NCBI RefSeq assembly: GCF_000025685.1
Contig: NC_013967.1
Location: forward strand, 1 to 32,000
Length of the DNA stretch: 32,000 nucleotides
Direction: 5' to 3'
From: Haloferax volcanii DS2
GTDB lineage: Archaea; Halobacteriota; Halobacteria; Halobacteriales; Haloferacaceae
Below the pieces are notes generated by a model. That model saw only the letters and a list, made by a program, of their open reading frames with translations. It was not told the origin of the DNA and ran no database searches. The translations under genes were made by a program, and so were the position numbers. Below are positions 1 to 8,648 of the stretch, in pieces. How positions within the stretch are numbered: position 1 is the first letter of the stretch; each line of letters starts with the position of its first letter.

Positions 1-40
1 GACGACATCGCCGGGGGAGCGAAACTGATACGCGCGGGTT

Positions 41-61
41 CTCGTGTTGAAACGGTCCCGC
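41..61 (+). repeat. Degenerate ORB-like box (core only, C-run instead of G-string)
   Basis: CTCGTGTTGAAAC matches the 13-nt core CTCCAGTTGAAAC of the 11780 copy at 11/13 positions. It is followed by GGTCCCGC rather than GAAGGGGT. Confidence 0.3.
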
Positions 62-70
62 CCGGCCGAG

Positions 71-96
71 TTCCGGTCGAACGGCGGCGGACGGGT
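71..96 (+). repeat. Degenerate ORB-like box
   Basis: TTCCGGTCGAACGG resembles CTCCAGTCGAAACGG of the 15332-15312 copy, with one A missing. The G-rich tail is interrupted (CGGCGGACGGGT). Confidence 0.3.
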
Positions 97-229
97 CGGA
101 GAAGTAAGGTTTTTGTACCAACTGTTCGTTTGGTTCCTTTGCATCATCTGGAATCGCCTTCTTCGGCGTGATGCGTAAATGCCGACTATCACCGGCTTCA
201 CGCACCCTATACGCCGCCGCGGGCGACTA

Positions 230-250
230 TTCCACTTGAAACAAAGGGGT
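230..250 (+). repeat. ORB-like box (origin recognition box candidate) on the orc1 promoter
   Basis: TTCCACTTGAAACAAAGGGGT has a dyad-like TTCCA.T.GAA core, then AC, a 3-nt spacer and a GGGGT G-string. It ends 7 nt before the orc1 ATG. Confidence 0.65.
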
Positions 251-257
251 ATTCACG

Positions 258-1952
258 ATGGACGAGGAAGAGAATCCGCGAGGCGGCGCACGAGGGGAAG
301 CCGGGAACAGCACGCCGGACGACGGCGGCGCGGACGCCGACGCCGATGCTGGCACCGACACCGACGACACACCCAGTAACGACGCGTCCGGCGGTGACGG
401 TTCCGCCGACAGTTCCGCCGTCGAGGACGACGTGTCGCCCGAAGACATCGACATTCAGGCGAGCATCGGTCCCGACGCCGACGCGCCCGACGCGTCCGAC
501 GAGGACCTCGACCAGCACAAAGACCCCGACGTCGGCCTCGACAAAGTCGTTCTCAACGACGACGAGGGGTCGAAGGGGCTGTTCGACGACCTTCTCGCCG
601 GCGAGCCGATTTTCGAGAACAAGGAAGTCCTCCGCCCGTCGTACACGCCACACGAACTCCCGCACCGGACCGACCAGATAAACCAGATGGCGACGATTCT
701 CGTCTCCGCCCTGCGCGGAGAGACGCCGTCGAACATCCTCATCTACGGGAAGACGGGGACCGGTAAGACCGCGAGCGCGAAGTTCGTCAGCCAGGAGCTC
801 GAATCCACCTCCCAGAAGTACGACGTGCCCTGCGAGGTCGAGTACATCAACTGCGAGGTGACGGACACGCAGTACCGCGTGCTCGCCCAACTCGCGAACA
901 AGTTCATCGAGAAGAACGTCGAGCGCATCGAGGCCGAACAGGAGCGCCTCGACGAGATGCGCACGCGGGCGACCGAAGACCCCAACGCCCTCGAAGAGAC
1001 GCCGTACGACTCCATCGCCGAAATCGACGAGCGCGCGGCGGAACTCGACGACGACGCCGACGAGATGGAGACGGTGCCGATGACCGGGTGGCCGACCGAC
1101 CGCGTCTACACGACGTTCTTCGACGCCGTCGACTACAAAGAGCGGGTGGTCGTCATCATGCTCGACGAAATCGACAAACTGGTCGAGAAGTCGGGCGACG
1201 ACACGCTGTACAACCTCTCGCGGATGAACTCCGAACTCGATAACTCCCGCATCTCCATTATGGGTATCTCGAACGACCTGAAGTTCACCGACTTCCTCGA
1301 CCCCCGGGTCAAGTCGAGCCTCGGCGAGGAGGAAATCGTCTTCCCGCCGTACGACGCCAACCAGCTCCGCGACATCCTCCAGCACCGCGCCGACGTGGCG
1401 TTCAAGCCCGGCGCGCTCACCGACGACGTGATTCCGCTGTGCGCCGCGTTCGCCGCGCAGGAACACGGCGACGCCCGGCGCGCGCTCGACTTGCTCCGCA
1501 CGGCCGGCGAACTCGCGGAGCGCGGGCAGGCCGACACCGTCGAGGAGGCCCACGTCCGGCAGGCGCAGGACAAAATCGAACTCGACCGGGTGGTCGAGGT
1601 CGTCCGCACCCTGCCCACGCAGTCGAAAATCGTCCTCTTCGCCATCATCCTCCTGGAGAAAAACGGCGTCCGCAACATCAACACCGGCGAGGTGTTCAAC
1701 ATCTACAAGCGCCTCTGCGAGGAGATCGACGCCGACGTGCTGACCCAGCGCCGCGTCACCGACCTCATCTCGGAACTCGACATGCTCGGCATCGTCAACG
1801 CCGTCGTCGTCTCGAAGGGTCGCTACGGCCGGACCAAGGAAATCAGCCTGTCCGTCCCCATCGACGAGACCGAGGCCGTCCTGCTGACGGACTCCCGACT
1901 CGGCGACATCGAGAGCGCACAGCCGTTCGTGCAGGCGCGGTTCGACAACTGA
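258..1952 (+). CDS. orc1: Orc1/Cdc6 replication initiator (AAA+ ATPase with winged helix)
   Basis: 564-aa ORF. Walker A GKTGTGKT, Walker B-like VVIMLDEID, sensor region and a C-terminal winged-helix-like tail. About 115 aa of Asp/Glu-rich N-terminal extension. High GC3 throughout. Confidence 0.95.
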   Translation: MDEEENPRGGARGEAGNSTPDDGGADADADAGTDTDDTPSNDASGGDGSADSSAVEDDVSPEDIDIQASIGPDADAPDASDEDLDQHKDPDVGLDKVVLNDDEGSKGLFDDLLAGEPIFENKEVLRPSYTPHELPHRTDQINQMATILVSALRGETPSNILIYGKTGTGKTASAKFVSQELESTSQKYDVPCEVEYINCEVTDTQYRVLAQLANKFIEKNVERIEAEQERLDEMRTRATEDPNALEETPYDSIAEIDERAAELDDDADEMETVPMTGWPTDRVYTTFFDAVDYKERVVVIMLDEIDKLVEKSGDDTLYNLSRMNSELDNSRISIMGISNDLKFTDFLDPRVKSSLGEEEIVFPPYDANQLRDILQHRADVAFKPGALTDDVIPLCAAFAAQEHGDARRALDLLRTAGELAERGQADTVEEAHVRQAQDKIELDRVVEVVRTLPTQSKIVLFAIILLEKNGVRNINTGEVFNIYKRLCEEIDADVLTQRRVTDLISELDMLGIVNAVVVSKGRYGRTKEISLSVPIDETEAVLLTDSRLGDIESAQPFVQARFDN

Positions 1953-1999
1953 AACTGAAGAACGAAGTCCCGAAGTCCGACGCTTTTAGTGCACTCGCG

Positions 2000-2863
2000 T
2001 CACGCCGCGAGCGCGGCGGTCCGCATCGGTGTGTTCCCCGCTTCGACCCGAAGCGGTGCCGTCGTCGCCGCCGCGTCGCTTCCCGGCGCGTCGCCTGCCG
2101 GCGCGTTTGCCGTCGACGCGTCGGGAACCGCCGTTTCCATCGTCGGCACGTCGACGAACTCGACAGGGGCGGGCGCGACCGGCGTCGTCGTCGCTATCGA
2201 GTTGGCGAGCGTCAGCCGAACCCACCCGAGAAGCGGGATACGGATTCGCGCGACGCCTTGGACCCACTCGGGGCGGACCGGGTCGGCGATGCCGCTTACT
2301 TGGTCGTACCGGGGGTTGTTGTCGCCTTTCGTGATGAAGCCGCTGTACTCGGCGGGGCAGTTGGCGAGTTCTCGGCAGTTGTCGGCCGACATGTACTCGG
2401 GGTTCGCCCGGTCGTACCAGTTCTCTCCGTCGTCGACCCAGAACATCGCCCGGTGGATAATCGGGGGACCTGCCGACCCGGGGTCGTCGTAGACGATGAC
2501 GCTCCCGGGGCCGCCGAACTTCCGGTAGTCGACCTCCGCGCCCGTCTCGGCCGTGACGACGGCGGTCCCCTCGACCGCCGAGTCGGGGGCGTATCGCTCC
2601 GGTCCCGTGATGAACACGAGGTCGCCTTTGTGCATGTGCGGTTCCATGCTCCCGCTTTCGACGGCGACCATCGGCGGCCACACGCCGCTCAGCGCGAACA
2701 GGAGCAACCCGACGGCCAACACGGCGAGCGCGCTCGTCAGGAGTTCGCGGACGAACAGAAGCGGCCCCTCCTCTGCCGTCCGAAGCCGAGTTAGCACGCC
2801 TTCGTCGGAGGTTGGACCGCGCCGCGAGTCGGGGGAGGGCGGGCGGCCATCGTCGTCACTCAT
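2000..2863 (-). CDS. sec11: Type I signal peptidase, Sec11/S26B family
   Basis: The conserved part starts at ATG 2863 (MSDDDG...). One N-terminal TM helix is followed by SGSMEP (catalytic Ser), GDLVF and ITKGDNNP motifs. The extra 82 upstream codons of track ORF 2000-3109 are basic and overlap the polD1 start, so I trimmed them. Confidence 0.85.
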   Translation of the reverse strand: MSDDDGRPPSPDSRRGPTSDEGVLTRLRTAEEGPLLFVRELLTSALAVLAVGLLLFALSGVWPPMVAVESGSMEPHMHKGDLVFITGPERYAPDSAVEGTAVVTAETGAEVDYRKFGGPGSVIVYDDPGSAGPPIIHRAMFWVDDGENWYDRANPEYMSADNCRELANCPAEYSGFITKGDNNPRYDQVSGIADPVRPEWVQGVARIRIPLLGWVRLTLANSIATTTPVAPAPVEFVDVPTMETAVPDASTANAPAGDAPGSDAAATTAPLRVEAGNTPMRTAALAA

Positions 2864-2882
2864 CACTCCCAGTTTACCCGGA

Positions 2883-2906
2883 CTGGGTTTCAACGTTCTG
2901 GGTTTC
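2883..2906 (+). promoter_or_regulatory. Tandem 9-mer CTGGGTTTC x2 (15-nt period) in the sec11/polD1 divergent promoter region
   Basis: CTGGGTTTC occurs at 2883-2891 and again at 2898-2906. The first copy overlaps the palindrome CCCAGT(8 nt)ACTGGG at 2868-2887. A T-rich box CCTTTTTG at 2912-2919 lies about 26 nt before GTG 2942. Confidence 0.35.
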
Positions 2907-2941
2907 GGCATCCTTTTTGCCGCGTGTCGCGCACTCCGGGT

Positions 2942-4543
2942 GTGCCACTGGAGACGCCGGCGCGCATCGTCCGGACGCTCGTCGGTCGCGGCTACAACGC
3001 CGAACGCGAGGCCGTGACCCTCATCGCCGGCTCCGACGACCCCGGCCGAACCCTCGCCCGCGTCGTCGAAGCCGCCCCGGACGACGCGCTTCGCATCACC
3101 GCCGACCACGTCCGCGAGGTGCTCGCGTCCGCCCCCGCCGCGGACCCGTCGGGAACCGAACCGACGCCCCCGGCCGCTGCGGACGCTGCGAACGCCGCGG
3201 ATGCCGACCCAGCCGCCTCCGCCGCATCAGACCCCTCCGTTTCCGCTGCAACATCGCACGACAACGCGGCCCACACCGACCAGTCTGCTCCAGCCGAAGC
3301 GCAGGGGACACCGGGCGGCCGGAACGTCGACCCGGCGCTTCGGTCCCTCGAAATCGCCAACGACATGACCGGCCAGTCGACGGGTACCGGCGAGTACGAC
3401 GACTTCGTGAAGGTGTTCCGCGACCGCTACGAGAAGCTCTCGAAACTGCTCCGCGGGCGCGTCAACCACCGCCCCGCGAAGGCCATCTCGAACATGTCCG
3501 GCGGCGAGGACGCCGAACTCATCGGCCTCGTCGACGACGTGCGCTCCACCAAGAGCGGCCACTGGATTATCGACCTTGAGGACACGACGGGGACGTTCCC
3601 CTGTCTCGTGATGAAGGACAAGGACATCGCGGGCTACGTCGACGAACTCCTCATGGACGAGTGCATCGCGGTGCAGGGGACGCTGTCGGGCGACGCGGGC
3701 ATCCTCTTCGTCGACTCGATGCACTTCCCCGACGTGCCGCGGAGCCACCGCTCCAACACCGCCGACAGGGACGTGCAGGCGGCGCTCATCTCCGACGTGC
3801 ACGTCGGCAGTCAGGAGTTCATGGCCGACGCGTGGAACCGCTTTGCCGACTGGCTCCACACCGAGGAGGCAGCGCGCATCGAGTACCTCCTCATCGCCGG
3901 CGACATGGTCGAAGGCGTCGGCGTCTACCCGAATCAGGACGAAGAACTCGACGTCATCGACATCTACGAGCAGTACGAGGCGTTCTCCGAGCACCTCAAA
4001 TCGGTGCCCGGCGACCTCGAAATCGTGATGATTCCGGGCAACCACGACGCGGTCCGACTCGCGGAGCCCCAACCCGGCTTCGACGACGAACTCCGCGACA
4101 TCATGTCGGCTCACGACGCCCGCATCACGAGCAATCCCTCGATGGTCACGCTCGAAGGCGTCAACGTCCTCATGTACCACGGTGTCTCGCTTGACGAGGT
4201 CATCGCCGAACTGCCGGCCGACAAGGCGAGCTACGACGAGCCGCACAAGGCGATGTACCAGCTTTTGAAAAAGCGTCACGTCGCGCCGCAGTTCGGGGGC
4301 CACACCCGCCTCGCGCCCGAGGAACTCGACTACCTCGTCATGGAGGACGTGCCCGACATCTTCCACACCGGCCACGTCCACAAGCTCGGTTGGGGCAAGT
4401 ACCACAACGTCCTCGCGGTCAACTCCGGCTGCTGGCAGGCCCAGACCGACTTCCAGAAATCGGTCAACATCGACCCCGACGCCGGCTACGCGCCCATCGT
4501 CGACCTCGACACGCTGAACATGACGGTCCGGAAGTTCTCCTGA
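2942..4543 (+). CDS. polD1: DNA polymerase D (Pol II) small subunit DP1, 3'-5' exonuclease
   Basis: Calcineurin-like phosphoesterase motifs SDVHVGS, GDMVEG, GNHD and GHVH in the C-terminal half. The N-terminal domain RIVRTLVGRGYN is followed by an Ala/Asp/Pro-rich linker. The track ORF starts at GTG 2924. I prefer GTG 2942 (MPLETPARIV) because the T-rich box sits about 26 nt upstream. The start remains uncertain. Confidence 0.9.
   Translation: MPLETPARIVRTLVGRGYNAEREAVTLIAGSDDPGRTLARVVEAAPDDALRITADHVREVLASAPAADPSGTEPTPPAAADAANAADADPAASAASDPSVSAATSHDNAAHTDQSAPAEAQGTPGGRNVDPALRSLEIANDMTGQSTGTGEYDDFVKVFRDRYEKLSKLLRGRVNHRPAKAISNMSGGEDAELIGLVDDVRSTKSGHWIIDLEDTTGTFPCLVMKDKDIAGYVDELLMDECIAVQGTLSGDAGILFVDSMHFPDVPRSHRSNTADRDVQAALISDVHVGSQEFMADAWNRFADWLHTEEAARIEYLLIAGDMVEGVGVYPNQDEELDVIDIYEQYEAFSEHLKSVPGDLEIVMIPGNHDAVRLAEPQPGFDDELRDIMSAHDARITSNPSMVTLEGVNVLMYHGVSLDEVIAELPADKASYDEPHKAMYQLLKKRHVAPQFGGHTRLAPEELDYLVMEDVPDIFHTGHVHKLGWGKYHNVLAVNSGCWQAQTDFQKSVNIDPDAGYAPIVDLDTLNMTVRKFS
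3231..3251 (-). repeat. ORB-like box inside the polD1 coding sequence
   Basis: The minus strand reads TTGCAGCGGAAACGGAGGGGT, 17/21 identical to the 15332-15312 copy. It lies in the low-complexity linker codons of polD1 (ASDPSVSAAT). Confidence 0.4.
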
Positions 4544-4655
4544 GGCGGCGACCGTTTCACTACTGACGACCGTTCGACTCAGCGACCGCTCTCCTACCAG
4601 TATGCTCCCTGATAGCACGCCGGATGTGCGGCGACCGAGACCATTCCACCGTCGC

Positions 4656-4662
4656 TTTTTAT
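4656..4662 (+). promoter_or_regulatory. TATA-like box for the OYE gene (leaderless geometry)
   Basis: TTTTTAT is centred about 27 nt upstream of ATG 4686. Confidence 0.45.
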
Positions 4663-4685
4663 CCGCGACGCCCACAGAATCGGTG

Positions 4686-5813
4686 ATGACCGACGACGCG
4701 CTGTTCGACGCGACGAGCCTGAACGACCTGTCGCTTTCCAACCGAGTCGGGCTGGCACCGATGACGCGCATCAGCGCCACCGACGAAGGACTGGCGACCA
4801 ACGAGATGGCCCACTACTACCGGAAGTTCGCCGACGGCGGCTTCGGCTTTCTCGTCACCGAGGGCGTCTACACGGACGACGCGTACAGTCAGGGATACCT
4901 GAACCAGCCGGGACTCGTCACCGACGACCACGTCGAGGCGTGGACGAACGTCACGGACGCCGTCCACGAGGTCGACACACCGATTTTCGCGCAGTTGATG
5001 CACGCCGGGGCGCAGTCGCAGGGCAACCCCCACCTCGACGGCGACCGGACGCTCGCGCCCTCCGCGGTCCAGCCCGACGGCCAGAAGGCCGAGGCCTACG
5101 GCGGCAGCGGCGAGTTCGCGGTCCCGAAGGCGGCCGACGAGACCGACCTCGAAACCGCCCGCGAGGGGTTCGTGCGGGCGGCGACGAACGCGGTCGAAGC
5201 CGGCTTCGACGGCGTGGAACTCCACGGCGCGAACGGCTACCTACTCAACGAGTTCCTCGCGGCGAACGCGAACCGACGCGACGACGAGTACGGCGGCGGT
5301 CCCGAGTCCCGCGTGAAATTCCCCGCCGAGGTGCTTTCGGCGGTCACCGACGCGGTTCCCGAGGAGTTCGTCGTCGGCATCCGCGTCTCGCAGGAGAAAG
5401 TGACCGACGGCGACTACGAGTGGCCCGAGGGCGAGGACGCGGCCGCGGTCTTCTTCGAGGAGCTGTCGGCGGCCGGAGCCGACTACGTCCACACGACCGA
5501 GACCGACGCGACGACTCCGACCTTCGGCGCGGACGGTCCGACACTCGCTGAGGCCGCCGCCGAGTACGTCACCGACGACACGGTCGTCATCGCCAACGGC
5601 GGGCTCGGGGACCCGGACGCGGCGCGGGCCGCCGTCGACGCCGGCGCGGACCTGTTCACGCTGGGCACGAGCGCGCTCGCCAACCCGGACTGGCCGGCGC
5701 GCGTGGCCGCCGGCGACGACCTCGACGCGTTCGACCCGGCGAAGTACCTCGCGCCGACCGCCGGGCTCTCGGACCACGAGGTCCCGTCCGAGCCGCCGCT
5801 CGCGGACGACTGA
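4686..5813 (+). CDS. NADH:flavin oxidoreductase, Old Yellow Enzyme family
   Basis: 375 aa from ATG 4686 (MTDDALFD...). OYE-type motifs LAPMTR, QLMHAG and GVELHGANGYLLNEFL. The 28 upstream codons of the track ORF are basic and contain the TATA box. Confidence 0.85.
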   Translation: MTDDALFDATSLNDLSLSNRVGLAPMTRISATDEGLATNEMAHYYRKFADGGFGFLVTEGVYTDDAYSQGYLNQPGLVTDDHVEAWTNVTDAVHEVDTPIFAQLMHAGAQSQGNPHLDGDRTLAPSAVQPDGQKAEAYGGSGEFAVPKAADETDLETAREGFVRAATNAVEAGFDGVELHGANGYLLNEFLAANANRRDDEYGGGPESRVKFPAEVLSAVTDAVPEEFVVGIRVSQEKVTDGDYEWPEGEDAAAVFFEELSAAGADYVHTTETDATTPTFGADGPTLAEAAAEYVTDDTVVIANGGLGDPDAARAAVDAGADLFTLGTSALANPDWPARVAAGDDLDAFDPAKYLAPTAGLSDHEVPSEPPLADD

Positions 5814-5857
5814 CGCGCGCTCGACGGCGGCTTCTCCGCCTGCGAACTACCCACCGA

Positions 5858-5878
5858 ACCCCTTCGCTTCCACTCGAA
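5858..5878 (-). repeat. ORB-like box in the OYE/ZIP convergent intergenic region
   Basis: The minus strand reads TTCGAGTGGAAGCGAAGGGGT, 17/21 identical to the 11780 copy. It lies 44 nt after the OYE stop and 57 nt after the ZIP stop. Confidence 0.5.
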
Positions 5879-5935
5879 CTCCCGTTTCACAGTTCCTCGA
5901 CGGTCGCCGTATTCGGACGCGCTAACTCGATTCGA

Positions 5936-6796
5936 CTACCCGAGCGTCACGTCGAGGTAGAGCATCACGACGACGCCGACCATCGTCCCGAACGTCGCCA
6001 CGCGCTCGTGGCCGTTCGAGTGCGTCTCGGGGACGATCTCGTCGGAGATGACGAACAGCATCGCGCCGGCGGCGAAGCCCATCGCGTAGGGAAGCAGCGC
6101 CGCGGCGTACTGGATGGCCCACGCGCCGAAGACGGCGAGCGGAATCTCCACGAGGCCGGCGCGGATACCCGCGAACGTCGCGTAGGTCGTGTTCCGAAGC
6201 CCGGCGTTGACGGCGGCGATGGAGACGGCCAGCCCCTCGGGGATGTTCTGGATGCCGATGGCGAGCATCAGCGGGACGGCGGTCCCGAGGTCGCCGGAGC
6301 CGAAACCGACCCCGACGGCGAGGCCCTCGGGCATGTTATGGATGGTGATGGCGACGATAAACAGGACGACAGAGGCCATCTTTTTGTCCGTCTCCGGGGC
6401 GTCCGCTCGGGTCTTGCCGGTCACGAGGATGTGGACGTGCGGAATCCACAGGTCGGCTTGGTCGAGGACGACGACGCCGATGACGAAGCCGACGAGGACG
6501 GGAATCGGACTCCCGCCCGCCGCCTCGATGCCGGGGAGGATGAGGCTCGTGAAACTCGCGGCGAGCATGACGCCGGCGGCGAAGCCGAGGAGCGTGTCGA
6601 GCGAGCGCTTCGAGGGGTCGCGCCAGACGAGAATGAGGAGCGCGCCGAGCATGTTCATCCCGGCGATGACGATGCCGCCGAGGAGGCCCTGCATCACCGG
6701 GTTCGAGCCGGCGAGCGAGACGAACAGCTCTTCGACCGCCGTCACGGCCGTCTCACTTCCGGCGGCCGTCTCTCGCGTCGTTCGGTCATGGACCAC
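5936..6796 (-). CDS. ZIP-family divalent metal (zinc) transporter, GufA/ZupT-like
   Basis: 286-aa polytopic membrane protein with the paired motifs HNMPEGLAVG and QNIPEGLAVS typical of ZIP transporters. GTG start at 6796. Confidence 0.8.
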   Translation of the reverse strand: MVHDRTTRETAAGSETAVTAVEELFVSLAGSNPVMQGLLGGIVIAGMNMLGALLILVWRDPSKRSLDTLLGFAAGVMLAASFTSLILPGIEAAGGSPIPVLVGFVIGVVVLDQADLWIPHVHILVTGKTRADAPETDKKMASVVLFIVAITIHNMPEGLAVGVGFGSGDLGTAVPLMLAIGIQNIPEGLAVSIAAVNAGLRNTTYATFAGIRAGLVEIPLAVFGAWAIQYAAALLPYAMGFAAGAMLFVISDEIVPETHSNGHERVATFGTMVGVVVMLYLDVTLG

Positions 6797-6853
6797 CTGA
6801 CGAGCGGGAGGTATGTATTCCCTCCGTCGGTTCTCGCCGGCCGCGAGGCTCGA

Positions 6854-7282
6854 CTATCCCGTCTCGTCGAGGACGTACCGAAGCGTCGGGGACCCTTCGA
6901 ACCGCGGGCCGTGGCCGACGCGGTCGAAGCCGACGTGCTCGACCGCCTCGCACAGCGGGGCCTCGGATTCGAGGACGAGCACCTCGACCGGCAGGTCTTC
7001 GGCGCTGGCGAAGCGCAGCGGCTCTTCGAGCAGTCGCCGCACCGCCGCCTCGGTGCCGCCGAGGCGGGTGACGTGGAGGACGCCGTCGCGGACGTCGAAG
7101 CCGACGAAGCCGAGCACCGGTTCGTCGTCGGCCGGCGCGTCGGCGTGGGGGTCCGAACTCGTCTCGGCGGTGGCGAGGCGGACCGTCCGGTCGCGTATCA
7201 GCCGACGCATCGCCCGTATCGGCGCGTCGGCGACGGCGGCGAGCGCCTCGGCGTCGGTGTCAACGGCGTCTCTGACATCCAT
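6854..7282 (-). CDS. Small acidic protein, GNAT acetyltransferase-like fold (tentative)
   Basis: 142 aa from ATG 7282 (MDVRDAVDTD...). The layout VLHVTRLGGTEAAVRRLLEE...VEVLVLESEAPLCEAVEHVGFDRVG resembles the GNAT acetyl-CoA-binding core but is degenerate. TTTAT (reverse complement of 7307-7311) lies 27 nt upstream of 7282. Confidence 0.5.
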   Translation of the reverse strand: MDVRDAVDTDAEALAAVADAPIRAMRRLIRDRTVRLATAETSSDPHADAPADDEPVLGFVGFDVRDGVLHVTRLGGTEAAVRRLLEEPLRFASAEDLPVEVLVLESEAPLCEAVEHVGFDRVGHGPRFEGSPTLRYVLDETG

Positions 7283-7304
7283 GCCCGAACGTTCCGCGGC
7301 TTCG

Positions 7305-7313
7305 GTGATAAAT
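7305..7313 (-). promoter_or_regulatory. TATA-like box for the 6854-7282 gene
   Basis: The minus strand reads GATTTATC, centred about 27 nt upstream of ATG 7282. This supports the trimmed start. Confidence 0.4.
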
Positions 7314-7469
7314 CTCCGCCCGCGAGGCGTCGGTACGGGCCGTCTCAGCGTCGGATTCGCGGGTGACGGCAACGGTTGAATCGGAGGACATAGTTATACG
7401 TCCCCCCGCGTTAGCCCCTCGCATGTTTACCAACGAAGCCCCGAAGCGACGCGACGCACCGGAGGAACG

Positions 7470-8648
7470 ATGCGCGTAGTCGCGAAGTTCGGCGGCACCT
7501 CGCTCGGTAGCGGCGACCGAATCAACCGCGCCGCCGACTCCATCGCCGCGGCCGTCGAACACGGCCACGAAATCGCCGTCGTCGCCTCCGCGATGGGCTC
7601 GACGACCGACGACCTCCTCGACGAAATCAAGTTCGAGGCCGACGACCGCGACCGCGCCGAAATCGTCTCGATGGGCGAGCGGACCAGCGTGCGCATGCTC
7701 AAGGCGGCGCTGGCCGCCCGCGGCGTCAACGCCCTGTTCGTCGAGCCCGGCACCGACGAGTGGCCGGTCATCACGAACGACCTCGGCGAGGTCGACGTCG
7801 AGGCGACCCGAGAGCGGGCCGCGAAGCTCGCCGCCGAACTCGACGGCGTCGTCCCGGTCATCACCGGCTTCCTCGCGCAGAACCACGACGGCGAAATCAC
7901 GACGCTCGGCCGCGGCGGCTCCGACACCTCCGCCGTGATGCTCGGCAACTACATGGACGCCGACGAGGTCGTCATCGTGACCGACGTGGAGGGCGTCATG
8001 ACCGGCGACCCGCGCGTGGTTGAAGGCGCGCGCAACGTCGGCCGCATCACCGTCGACGAGCTTCGGAACCTCTCGTTCCGCGGGGCCGAGGTCGTCGCGC
8101 CGTCGGCGCTGTCGTACAAGGACGCGGCGCTGGACGTTCGCGTCGTCCACTACCAGCACGGCGACCTGCTCACCGGCGGGACGCTCATCGAAGGCGAGTT
8201 CCACAACCTCATCGACATGCAGGAAGAGCCCCTCGCGTGTCTCACGGTGGCCGGGCGAGCGATTCGCAACCGACCGGGAATCCTCGCGGACCTCTCGGCA
8301 GCCCTCCGAGAAGAGGACATCAACGTCGACTCGGTCGCCTCCGGGATGGACTCTATCACGTTCTACGTCCTCGAAGACGACTCCGACCGGGCCGAGGCCG
8401 TCCTCCACGACCGCGTCGTCGCCGACGACGCGCTGTCGTCGGTCACCGTCGAAGACGACATCGCCGTCGTCCGCGTCACCGGCGGCGAACTCCCGAACCG
8501 CCCCGGCGTCATCCTCGACATCGTCGAGCCGCTGTCCGAGGCCGGCATCAACATCCACGACGCCATCACCTCCGCGACCTCCGTCGCCATCTTCGTGGCG
8601 TGGGACGACCGCGAGGAGACGCTCGGCATCATCCAAGACGAGTTCTGA
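7470..8648 (+). CDS. lysC: Aspartate kinase (amino-acid kinase domain plus two ACT domains)
   Basis: 392 aa. KFGGTS N-terminal signature, TLGRGGSD motif and two ACT-like repeats in the C-terminal third. GGAGG lies 5 nt before the ATG (Shine-Dalgarno-like). Confidence 0.9.
   Translation: MRVVAKFGGTSLGSGDRINRAADSIAAAVEHGHEIAVVASAMGSTTDDLLDEIKFEADDRDRAEIVSMGERTSVRMLKAALAARGVNALFVEPGTDEWPVITNDLGEVDVEATRERAAKLAAELDGVVPVITGFLAQNHDGEITTLGRGGSDTSAVMLGNYMDADEVVIVTDVEGVMTGDPRVVEGARNVGRITVDELRNLSFRGAEVVAPSALSYKDAALDVRVVHYQHGDLLTGGTLIEGEFHNLIDMQEEPLACLTVAGRAIRNRPGILADLSAALREEDINVDSVASGMDSITFYVLEDDSDRAEAVLHDRVVADDALSSVTVEDDIAVVRVTGGELPNRPGVILDIVEPLSEAGINIHDAITSATSVAIFVAWDDREETLGIIQDEF

Larger units (their letters stand above)
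1..257 (+). promoter_or_regulatory. Origin-proximal non-coding flank upstream of orc1 (ORB-like boxes plus orc1 promoter)
   Basis: No credible ORF on either strand. Lies directly upstream of an Orc1/Cdc6 gene. Carries one strong ORB-like box (230-250) and two degenerate copies in the same orientation (41-61, 71-96). GC content drops locally around 100-180. Confidence 0.6.

Noticed and set aside
207-1553. 448-aa minus-strand ORF opposite orc1. Similar long opposite-strand or off-frame ORFs are 3227-4801(-), 6008-7366(+), 7260-8789(-), 8843-10237(-), 13520-14932(-), 13528-14979(+), 19884-21215(+), 21339-22409(+), 25697-26860(+), 27728-30241(-) and 30887-31993(-).
   Set aside because: These are mirror or off-frame ORFs, expected in a high-GC genome where stop codons are rare. 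Their translations are Arg/Gly/Val/Asp low-complexity or strongly basic, unlike the acidic proteome. In every case the other strand or frame encodes a protein with clear conserved motifs.
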